A stretch of 64,000 bases of DNA from Streptosporangiales bacterium. Its GTDB lineage: Bacteria > Actinomycetota > Actinomycetes > Streptosporangiales > WHST01. Both the position numbers and the translations under genes were made by a program. This document shows, piece after piece, positions 28,262 through 36,003 of this stretch. The notes below the pieces were generated by a model, which saw nothing but the letters and a program-made list of their open reading frames with translations, searched no databases and had not been told where the DNA came from. The DNA lies in assembly GCA_009379955.1 (NCBI GenBank), contig WHST01000013.1:8941-72940 (forward strand), in the 5' to 3' direction. Position 1 is the stretch's first letter, and each line of letters begins with the position of its first letter.

Positions 28262-28657
28262 GTGCCGGTCGTCACGGGCGACGCGGTGCGGTTCGCCGAA
28301 CTGCCCGGCCGGCTGTCGGCCGACCCGCTGGCCGGCGACCTGCGCGATGCGGCGCACGACGCCTCGGCGAGCGTGCGTGTCGTCCGCATCGCGCCCGGAT
28401 CCCCTCGCACGCCCCACCGCCACCCGCGCAGCGCCGAGGTGACCTGGATCGCGGAGGGAGAGGGGATCGCCTGGGAGGACGGCACCCGCACGCCGGTGGC
28501 GGCGGGCGACCTGATCCTGCTCCCCGCGGGCGTCCCGCACGCGACGCTGCCGGGACCGTCCGGCCTGGTGCTCGTGTGCTTCTTCCCCGACCCCGACCTC
28601 GCCACCAACACCGAGGAGCTCGACGCCCCGCTCCTGACCTGGACGCCGCCGCCCTGA
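28262..28657 (+). CDS. cupin domain protein
   Basis: 131-aa ORF with cupin motifs PHRHPRSAEVTWIAEGEG and LLPAGVPHA. Confidence 0.7.
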   Translation: MPVVTGDAVRFAELPGRLSADPLAGDLRDAAHDASASVRVVRIAPGSPRTPHRHPRSAEVTWIAEGEGIAWEDGTRTPVAAGDLILLPAGVPHATLPGPSGLVLVCFFPDPDLATNTEELDAPLLTWTPPP

Positions 28658-28685
28658 GCCAGCGGCACCCCCGGGACCAGATCCG

Positions 28686-28759
28686 CCACGTCACATGGCA
28701 CTACCGGGGGCGAAGTGGGGCATTCCCGTCATTCGGCCAGGTGGTGCCATGTGACGTGG
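28686..28759. repeat. long inverted repeat (16 bp perfect, 20 bp with one mismatch) between the convergent cupin and tmk genes; candidate terminator or MITE-like insert
   Basis: CCACGTCACATGGCAC (28686-28701) and GTGCCATGTGACGTGG (28744-28759) are exact reverse complements, separated by 42 nt. The right arm lies inside the last codons of the tmk fusion ORF. Confidence 0.45.
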
Positions 28760-30839
28760 GCGAAGTCTCGGGCCTGGGCTCGGGCTCGACCGCCGGCAGC
28801 CGGGGCTCGAGGCGGGCGCGGACGGCGGCGGCGACCGCGTCGGGCGACTGGGACGCGTCGACCACCAGGTAGCGCTCGGGCTCGCGGCCGGCGAGGTCGA
28901 GGAAGCTCCTGCGAACTCGCTCGTGGAAGTCGAGCGACTCCTGCTCGAGGCGGTCGGCCGCACCGCTCCGGCGGGCCGCCGCGACGTCGGGCGCGATGTC
29001 GAGGACCACCGTGAGGTCGGGGACGAGCCCGCTCGTCGCCCACTCCGAGAGGCGGCCGACGTCGTCCTCCGACAGCTCGCGTCCCGCGCCCTGGTACGCC
29101 CGCGAGGAGTCGGCGTACCTGTCGGACGCGACGACCGCGCCACGCGCCAGCGCCGGCTTCACGACCTCGGCGACGTGCTGCGCGCGGTCGGCGGCGTACA
29201 GCATCGCCTCCGCGCGCGCGTCGAGGTCGCCCGTCGCCGGGTCGAGCAGCAGCGCGCGCAGCTTGCCGCCGACGGCGGTGTTGCCCGGCTCCCGCGTGCT
29301 GACGACCTCGTGTCCGGCCGCGCGCAGCCAGTCGCCGAGCAGCGCCACCTGGGTCGACTTGCCCGACCCGTCGCCGCCCTCGAACGCGACGAAGACCCCG
29401 GTACGCGGCTCCGCCTCCGGAGCGGTCAGCTGCCCGCGGAACGCTCCGAGCAGGTCACGCCAGATCGGCACGCCGCGCCGGTCGTCCATCTGCCGGAACG
29501 ACACGATGCCCATGCCGAACGCGAGCACCGCGGCCAGCAGGATCACCGCGTTGGAGCCGTCGAAGCGCAGCAGGAAGTCGAGCACCCGGATGTCGTGCGC
29601 GCCGATCGCGCCGGCGATCAGCGGCGCCAGCGCCAGCACCGCGATGAGGACGATGCGCACCATCGTCTGCAGGAAAGCGAACGTGCGCCCGCGCAGCCGA
29701 TCGTCGACCTCGAGCCCGACGAGTGTGTAGCCGACGACCCAGGCCATGCCGGCGAACGCGCCGACGAGCAGGACGAAGATCACCGCGAGCACCAGCTCGT
29801 TGATGAGCGCGACGGCGACGAGCATCACGCCCGCACCGACGAGGCACAGGCCGAACAGCCGCCGCCTGCTGAACCCGCGCAGCAGCCGCGGCCCGACGAA
29901 CATGCCCGTCGCGAGGCCCACGAACACCGTGCCGAACAGCACGCCGTACGCCGCGTCGCCGGCGTCCATGCGGCCGACGTACACCCGGCCGACGCCGATG
30001 ACGGCACCGCCCGCGGCGAACGCGCCGAGCATGCCGATGACGAGCCCGCGGACGAGTCTCGTGCGGCCGACGTACGCCCAGCCCTCCGTGATCTGCCTGG
30101 CCACGCCCGGCTGCGTCTCGTGCTCGTGCCTGGTGCGCGGGATGTCCTTCATCCGGAAGACGGTGAAGGCCGCGAAGAGGAAGGTCGCCGCGTTGACGTA
30201 CAGGGCGAGGTGGACGGGGTTGGTCTCGAAGAAGTCGTTCCAGGTGCGCCCGAGCAGGCTGCTCGCGGTCGCGAGGAAGGTGAAGATGGCCGCGGCGATG
30301 GGCGCGCTGCCGTAGGTGGTGACCAGGCTGAGCTGGTTGGCGGCCTCGAGGCGTTCGCGGGGCAGCAGGTTGGGGACCGTCGCCTCCTTGGCGGGGTTCC
30401 AGAAGATCGACGCGCACTCGGTGACGAGCGTCGCGACGAACAGCCACCACCAGGTGCCCACGATCGGGATCGACGCGTACATGGCGAACCGGACGATGTC
30501 GCTGACGACCATCAGCCTGCGCCGGTCGAACCTGTCGACCCACACGCCCGCGATCGGGCCGAGCACCAGGGCGGGCAGCATGCGCAGGATGAGCACGCCG
30601 CCGACGGCGAAGTTGGCGAGCATGTAGTTCTCGCCGCCGTACGACGCGGCGAGCGCCGTGGTCGCGAGGAACCCCAGCCAGTCGCCGAGGCTGGAGAAGC
30701 CCAGCGACACCCACAGTCGGCGGAACGACGTGAACCTGAGCAGGCCGCGCAGGTCGTGGGACGCCACGACGGCGCCCTGCACTCCCACGCTCTCGGTCAC
30801 GCCTTCAGGGTATAGACGCCGGCCTGGAGTGCTCTGCAA
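28701..30839 (-). CDS. tmk: bifunctional MFS transporter / dTMP (thymidylate) kinase
   Basis: 712-aa ORF. The N-terminal ~480 aa are polytopic and MFS-like. The C-terminal part is Tmk, with P-loop FEGGDGSGKSTQ and STREPGNTAVGGKLRALLLD. Confidence 0.85.
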   Translation of the reverse strand: MQSTPGRRLYPEGVTESVGVQGAVVASHDLRGLLRFTSFRRLWVSLGFSSLGDWLGFLATTALAASYGGENYMLANFAVGGVLILRMLPALVLGPIAGVWVDRFDRRRLMVVSDIVRFAMYASIPIVGTWWWLFVATLVTECASIFWNPAKEATVPNLLPRERLEAANQLSLVTTYGSAPIAAAIFTFLATASSLLGRTWNDFFETNPVHLALYVNAATFLFAAFTVFRMKDIPRTRHEHETQPGVARQITEGWAYVGRTRLVRGLVIGMLGAFAAGGAVIGVGRVYVGRMDAGDAAYGVLFGTVFVGLATGMFVGPRLLRGFSRRRLFGLCLVGAGVMLVAVALINELVLAVIFVLLVGAFAGMAWVVGYTLVGLEVDDRLRGRTFAFLQTMVRIVLIAVLALAPLIAGAIGAHDIRVLDFLLRFDGSNAVILLAAVLAFGMGIVSFRQMDDRRGVPIWRDLLGAFRGQLTAPEAEPRTGVFVAFEGGDGSGKSTQVALLGDWLRAAGHEVVSTREPGNTAVGGKLRALLLDPATGDLDARAEAMLYAADRAQHVAEVVKPALARGAVVASDRYADSSRAYQGAGRELSEDDVGRLSEWATSGLVPDLTVVLDIAPDVAAARRSGAADRLEQESLDFHERVRRSFLDLAGREPERYLVVDASQSPDAVAAAVRARLEPRLPAVEPEPRPETSPTSHGTTWPNDGNAPLRPR

Positions 30840-30914
30840 CCCCGCCGCGGGCGTGACCGCACCGTGACGTGACCGGACCCTCGCGCGCAGTGCCCCGTCC
30901 GCGCCTAGGCCCCT

Positions 30915-31010
30915 CCCTGCTGATCACGTCAACGTGATCAGCAGGGACTTCACCTCGTGCAGGGACGAGGTGAAGTCCACGTTCGCGACGTTAACGTGAT
31001 CGACAGGGAC
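30915..31010. repeat. double-hairpin dispersed repeat, copy 2 (about 1.5 units, perfect stems) in a divergent promoter region
   Basis: Hairpin 1: CCCTGCTGATCACG (30915-30928), loop TCAA, CGTGATCAGCAGGG (30933-30946). Hairpin 2: GGACTTCACCTCGT (30945-30958), 6-nt loop, ACGAGGTGAAGTCC (30965-30978). A partial second unit ACGTTAACGTGATCGACAGGGAC follows. Confidence 0.6.
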
Positions 31011-31218
31011 GCCGCCGCGCCCTCGTTGTAGTAGTCGGCGATCTCGTCCCTCATGGATCCACCCTGTCGTACCGTCCCGAGGGGGCGCGACCGGTTACTC
31101 CGTGGAACGGCGCCGGTGGCGCGAATGCCCTCCGGTCCACCCGGCGCGCGGTCGGCGCGGATCGCCCCTACCATGATCGGCATCGGGGGCAGCAGCCAGG
31201 TGAAGGAGCACTCCTACC

Positions 31219-32577
31219 GTGAACCGGAACGTTCTCGCCGTCGCGGGCATCGCGACGGTAGCCATGACCCTGGCAGCAGCGTGCGCGCCCGGGTCGAACT
31301 CCGAGCAGCCGTCCAAGAAGCCCACGTCCGCGGTGTCGACCGACGTCGCCAAGGCCGGCAAGGTCACCCTGAACGTGTGGGACCAGGAGGTCCGCGGCGG
31401 GCAGCACGAGGCCGTGGAGCAGCTCAACAAGGAGTTCCAGGAGAAGTACCCGAACGTCACCATCAAGCGCACGTCGAAGTCGTTCGAAGACCTCAAGACC
31501 ACCCTGAAGCTCGCGCTCAACGGCGAGAACCCGCCCGACGTCGTGCAGGCGAACCAGGGCTACCCCGACATGGGTGCGTTCGTCGAGGCCGGCATGCTGA
31601 CGTCGCTGAAGCCGTACGCCGACGTGTACAAGTGGAACGACAGGTACTCCAAGACGCTGCTCAACCTGAACAGCTTCACCGACGACGGCAAGACGTTCGG
31701 CCAGGGCAACCTGTACGGCGTCAGCCAGACCGGTGAGATCGTCGGCATCTTCTACAGCAAGAAGAAGCTCGCCAAGCTCGGCGTGTCCGAGCCGAAGACC
31801 TGGGGCGAGTTCACCAAGCAGCTCGGCACGGCGAAGAGCAAGGGCGAGACGCCGATCGTGTTCGGCAACAAGGACCAGTTCCCCGCGATCCACACCTTCG
31901 GCGTGCTGCAGAACCGGAACAACCCCCAGCAGGAGATTGTCGACACGATCTTCAGTCGCGACGGCAAGACGTGGGACACCCCGGGCAACGAGAAGGCCGC
32001 GGCCACCCTGCAGGACTGGGTGAAGAAGGGCTACGTCAGCAAGGGTGCCAACGGTCTCGGTTACGACCAGGCGGGTGCCGACTTCGCCAAGGGCGAGGGC
32101 GTCTTCCTGATGACCGGCACCTGGCTCTACGCCGACCTCGCGAAGACGATGAAGAAGGATCTCGGCTTCATCGCCCCGCCCCCGGTCAAGGCCGGCGAGC
32201 CCGCGTACACGACCGGCGGCCAGGGCCTGTCCTGGTCGGTCACGTCGAAGTCCAAGAACCAGGACGTGGCGGCCGCGTACCTCGACTTCATCACCAACCC
32301 GCACGCCGCGGACGTGATCACCGAGTCCGGCGGGCTGCCGGCGATCGCGCCGGAGTCGGCGAAGCCCGAGGCGGGCACCGCGCTCGAGCAGATCTTCGCC
32401 GACTGGAAGACGCTCAACGAGACCGACAGCCTGGTGCCGTACCTCGACTACACGACGCCGGACTTCTACGACACGCTCTCGGTGCAGCTGCAGCGCCTCA
32501 TCGGCGAGAAGGCGACACCGAAGCAGTGCGTCGCGGCCGTCCAGAAGGACTACGCGTCGTTCCAGGAAGGCAAGTAG
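31219..32577 (+). CDS. sugar ABC transporter extracellular solute-binding lipoprotein
   Basis: 452-aa ORF with a GTG start after GAAGGAG and lipobox TLAAACAPGS. Confidence 0.9.
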   Translation: MNRNVLAVAGIATVAMTLAAACAPGSNSEQPSKKPTSAVSTDVAKAGKVTLNVWDQEVRGGQHEAVEQLNKEFQEKYPNVTIKRTSKSFEDLKTTLKLALNGENPPDVVQANQGYPDMGAFVEAGMLTSLKPYADVYKWNDRYSKTLLNLNSFTDDGKTFGQGNLYGVSQTGEIVGIFYSKKKLAKLGVSEPKTWGEFTKQLGTAKSKGETPIVFGNKDQFPAIHTFGVLQNRNNPQQEIVDTIFSRDGKTWDTPGNEKAAATLQDWVKKGYVSKGANGLGYDQAGADFAKGEGVFLMTGTWLYADLAKTMKKDLGFIAPPPVKAGEPAYTTGGQGLSWSVTSKSKNQDVAAAYLDFITNPHAADVITESGGLPAIAPESAKPEAGTALEQIFADWKTLNETDSLVPYLDYTTPDFYDTLSVQLQRLIGEKATPKQCVAAVQKDYASFQEGK

Positions 32578-32625
32578 CGACAAGTCGCCGACGACGGACA
32601 TACGGCGCATCTCGGCCGTACGATG

Positions 32626-32657
32626 CCCTGAGCGTGATGATCCGGTCACGCTCAGGG
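32626..32657 (+). terminator. GC-rich hairpin after the first SBP gene (intrinsic-terminator-like, no U-tract)
   Basis: CCCTGAGCGTGA (32626-32637), 8-nt loop, TCACGCTCAGGG (32646-32657). Confidence 0.45.
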
Positions 32658-32773
32658 CGTCGGGCCGGGGCGGTGTGGGGGCTGTCCCGGCGAGGCGGCA
32701 GTATTAGCCCCGCGCCAGGCGCGGTACGTCCGTTATCCCCTCGCGTCGCAGCGTCCGCCCGATGACGGCGGAG

Positions 32774-32830
32774 GACTCGCGGCGTCTCGTCACCTGCTGA
32801 GCACGGGGTGACGACGACTCGCCGCGAGTC
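32774..32830 (+). promoter_or_regulatory. two-tier hairpin in the leader of the second SBP gene
   Basis: Outer stem GACTCGCGGCG (32774-32784) / CGCCGCGAGTC (32820-32830). Inner stem TCGTCACC (32787-32794) / GGTGACGA (32807-32814). Ends 16 nt before the RBS AGAGGAG. Confidence 0.35.
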
Positions 32831-32858
32831 TGAGAACGACCATGCCAGAGGAGTCACC

Positions 32859-34253
32859 GTGCACCGGAGGGTCCGTCCCGGTAGGCGACCACGCACCCGC
32901 CGCCTCGTGGCCGCCGTGGCCGCGCTGACCGCGGTCGCCGTCGGCGCCTCGTGCACTCCCGGGTCGCCCACCCAGGGCAGCGAGACCCCCCGCCAGCCGC
33001 GCTCGGCGGTGTCGACGGACCCGTCCAAGGCCGGCAAGGTCACGCTCACGGTCTGGGACCAGGAGGTCCGCGGCAGCCAGAACGTCGCGATGACCAACCT
33101 CAACAACGAGTTCATGAAGAAGTACCCGAACATCACGATCAAGCGCGTGGCGAAGTCGTTCACCGACCTCAAGACCACGCTGAAGCTCGCGCTCTCCGAC
33201 GACAACCCGCCCGACGTCGTGCAGGCCAACCAGGGCTACCCCGACATGGGCACGTTCGTCGACGCCGGCATGCTGCAGCGCCTCGACCCGTACGCCAATG
33301 CGTACGGCTGGCGCAAGCGCTACTCCAAGACCCTCCTCGACCTCAACAGCTTCACGCCGAACGGCAAGCAGTTCGGCCAGGGCTACCTGTACGGGATCAG
33401 CCAGACCGGCGAGATCGTCGGCGTCTACTACAACAAGAAGAAGCTCGCCGCGCTCGGCCTGGCGCAGCCGAAGACGTGGGGCGAGTTCACCAAGCAGCTC
33501 GCCACCATCAAGTCCAAGGGCGAGCTGCCGATCATGTTCGGCAACAAGGATGCGTTCCCCGCGATCCACACGTACGGCATGATCCAGAACCGCACCAACC
33601 CGCAGCAGGAGATCGTCGACACCGTCTTCACCCGGCCGGGCAAGAAGTGGGACACCACCGGCAACGAGAACGCCGCGGCCACGATGCAGGACTGGGTCGA
33701 GAAGGGCTACTTCAGCGAGGGCGCGAACGGCCTCGGCTACGACCAGGCCGCGGCCGACTTCGCCAACGGCAAGGGCGTCTTCCTGATGACCGGTACCTGG
33801 CTCTACGCCGACCTCGCGAAGACGATGAAGAAGGACCTCGGCTTCATGCCGCCGCCGCCGGTGAAGGCGGGCGGCGTCCCGTACGCCACCGGTGGGCAGG
33901 GCCTGTCGTGGTCGATCACCTCGCGGTCGGAGCACTCCGACGTGGCGGGGGCGTACCTCGACTTCATCACCAGCCCGCACGCGGCCGACGTCGTGACGAA
34001 GGCGGGCGGCCTACCGGCGATCGCGCCCGAGTCCGCCAAGCCGGAGGCCGGCACGGCGCTGGCGCAGATCTTCACCGAGTGGACGCGGCTGAACGACGCC
34101 AACGGGCTCGTGCCGTACCTCGACTACACCACGCCGAACTTCTACGACACGCTCTCGGTGCAGCTGCAGCGCCTCATCGGCGAGAAGGCCACACCGCAGC
34201 AGTGCATCGGCGAGATGCAGAAGGACTACGGCGATTTCCAGGCCCACAAGTAG
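32859..34253 (+). CDS. sugar ABC transporter extracellular solute-binding lipoprotein (tandem paralog of 31219-32577)
   Basis: Start set at the GTG at 32859 after AGAGGAG. Lipobox VAVGASCTPGS. Roughly three quarters of the residues are identical to the upstream SBP by eye. Confidence 0.85.
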   Translation: MHRRVRPGRRPRTRRLVAAVAALTAVAVGASCTPGSPTQGSETPRQPRSAVSTDPSKAGKVTLTVWDQEVRGSQNVAMTNLNNEFMKKYPNITIKRVAKSFTDLKTTLKLALSDDNPPDVVQANQGYPDMGTFVDAGMLQRLDPYANAYGWRKRYSKTLLDLNSFTPNGKQFGQGYLYGISQTGEIVGVYYNKKKLAALGLAQPKTWGEFTKQLATIKSKGELPIMFGNKDAFPAIHTYGMIQNRTNPQQEIVDTVFTRPGKKWDTTGNENAAATMQDWVEKGYFSEGANGLGYDQAAADFANGKGVFLMTGTWLYADLAKTMKKDLGFMPPPPVKAGGVPYATGGQGLSWSITSRSEHSDVAGAYLDFITSPHAADVVTKAGGLPAIAPESAKPEAGTALAQIFTEWTRLNDANGLVPYLDYTTPNFYDTLSVQLQRLIGEKATPQQCIGEMQKDYGDFQAHK

Positions 34254-34265
34254 GAGCCGGCCCAG

Positions 34266-35171
34266 GTGACCCATCCGCGGCGGAGCGCGACCCACACCGC
34301 CGAACCCCCGGGTGAGCCGCGCCGTATCGGCTACCTGTACCTCATCCCCGCGCTGCTGGTGTACGGCGGGTTCATGCTGTTCCCGCTCGGCCACAGCTTC
34401 TGGATCTCGCTGTTCGACTGGAACGGCCAGACCCTCGCGACCTGGGTCGGCGTCGGCAACTACGTCGACCTCGTCACCGACGGAGAGCTGCTCGCGTCGT
34501 TCCGGCACGCGCTCACCCTCATCGTCTTCTACTCCGTGCTGCCCATCGTGCTCGCCCTCGGCCTCACCGCCACGATGTCGCGCGCCCGCGTACGCGGCCT
34601 CACCTTCTTCCGCACCGCGCTGTTCCTGCCGCAGGTGATCGCCATGGTCGTCGTCGCGACGGCGTGGAGCGCGATCTACGCGCCCGACGGCGTGCTCAAC
34701 GTCGTTCTGCGCGCGTTCGGCCTCGACGTCCTCACCAGGGCCTGGCTCGGCGACTTCACCTGGGCGCTGCCGGCGGTCGGACTCATCGGCACCTGGTTCG
34801 AGATCGGCCTCGCCGTCGTCCTGTTCATGGCCGGCGTCCAGCGCATTCCCGTCGAGCTGTACGAGGCGGCGCGCCTCGACGGCGCCGGATCCATCCGGGA
34901 GTTCTTCGCCATCACCCTGCCGTCGCTGCGCGGCGAGATCAGCGTCGCGCTGACACTCACCATCGTCGCCGCACTGCGGACGTTCGACCTCGTCTACGTC
35001 GCCACCAACGGGGGGCCGGCGAGGGAGACGAGCGTGCCCGCATTCGAGGTCTACCACCGGGCGTTCGAGACCAACGAGGTCGGCTCGGCCTGCGCGATCG
35101 GCGTCACACTCGCGCTCGTCATCCTGGTGCTGACCGTCCTGGTCAACCGACTCGCGGAACGAGAGAGCTAG
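34266..35171 (+). CDS. carbohydrate ABC transporter permease (MalF-like)
   Basis: 301-aa multi-TM ORF with EAA loop YEAARLDGAGSIREFFAITLP. Confidence 0.9.
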   Translation: MTHPRRSATHTAEPPGEPRRIGYLYLIPALLVYGGFMLFPLGHSFWISLFDWNGQTLATWVGVGNYVDLVTDGELLASFRHALTLIVFYSVLPIVLALGLTATMSRARVRGLTFFRTALFLPQVIAMVVVATAWSAIYAPDGVLNVVLRAFGLDVLTRAWLGDFTWALPAVGLIGTWFEIGLAVVLFMAGVQRIPVELYEAARLDGAGSIREFFAITLPSLRGEISVALTLTIVAALRTFDLVYVATNGGPARETSVPAFEVYHRAFETNEVGSACAIGVTLALVILVLTVLVNRLAERES

Positions 35172-35175
35172 CGCC

Positions 35176-36003
35176 GTGCAGACGTCCCGGATCGAGCAGC
35201 TGGCGACGTACGTCATCCTCGTGCTGTTCACCGTGATTGCACTGTTCCCGCTCGTCGGCATCGCGTTGTCGGCGGTGGCTCCGCCCGAGGACGCCATCGG
35301 CGGGTTCAGCATCCCGAGCGGGATACACCTGCAGAACTTCGCCGAGGCCTGGGTGCGCGGCAACTTCTCCCGCTACCTGGCGAACAGCCTGTTCGTCGGC
35401 CTCACCGTCGTCGCGGTCACCGCGGTGCTCGCCACGATGGCGGGATACGCGTTCGGCACGATGCGCTTCCGGTTCGCGACGCCGCTGTTCTACCTGTTCC
35501 TGCTCGGCCTGATGGTGCCGCAGGAGGCGATCGTCGTCCCGCTGTTCTACGACCTGCGCGACCTCGGCCTCACCGACACCTACTGGGCGCTGATCCTGCC
35601 CCAGATCGCCCAGTCCCTGTCGTTCGGCACGTTCTGGATGCGCACGTACTTCCGCAGCTCCCCACGCGCGCTCATCGAGGCCGCGCGGCTCGACGGTGCG
35701 TCGAGCTGGACGACCCTGTGGCGCATCCTGCTGCCGATGGGGCGCCCGGCTCTCACCACGATGGTCGTGCTCGTCTTCATGTGGACGTGGAACGAGTTCT
35801 TCCTCGCCCTGGTGATGGTGCCGAGCAACGAGGACCTACGCACCGCGCCGCTCGGCCTGGCGTTCTTCCAGGGTCAGCACTCCTCCGACTTCGCGCTGCT
35901 CGCGGCGGCCTCGGTGATCGTCGCCGCGCCCGTCGTGATCGCGTACATCGTGCTGCAGCGGCGCTTCATCGCCGGCATGCTCTCCGGCGCGATCCGCGAG
36001 TAG
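35176..36003 (+). CDS. carbohydrate ABC transporter permease (MalG-like)
   Basis: 275-aa multi-TM ORF with EAA loop IEAARLDGASSWTTLWRILLP. Confidence 0.9.
   Translation: MQTSRIEQLATYVILVLFTVIALFPLVGIALSAVAPPEDAIGGFSIPSGIHLQNFAEAWVRGNFSRYLANSLFVGLTVVAVTAVLATMAGYAFGTMRFRFATPLFYLFLLGLMVPQEAIVVPLFYDLRDLGLTDTYWALILPQIAQSLSFGTFWMRTYFRSSPRALIEAARLDGASSWTTLWRILLPMGRPALTTMVVLVFMWTWNEFFLALVMVPSNEDLRTAPLGLAFFQGQHSSDFALLAAASVIVAAPVVIAYIVLQRRFIAGMLSGAIRE

Noticed and set aside
2477-28657. Accessory block considered as a mobile genomic island
   Set aside because: It has no integrase, transposase, tRNA attachment site or conjugation genes. Only palindromic repeats lie at the borders. It is reported as a synteny interruption, not as a mobile element.
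30950-31183. 77-aa minus-strand ORF crossing the double-hairpin repeat
   Set aside because: Its 3' half is encoded by the palindromic repeat, which also occurs non-coding at 12761-12846. It has no RBS and no recognisable family.
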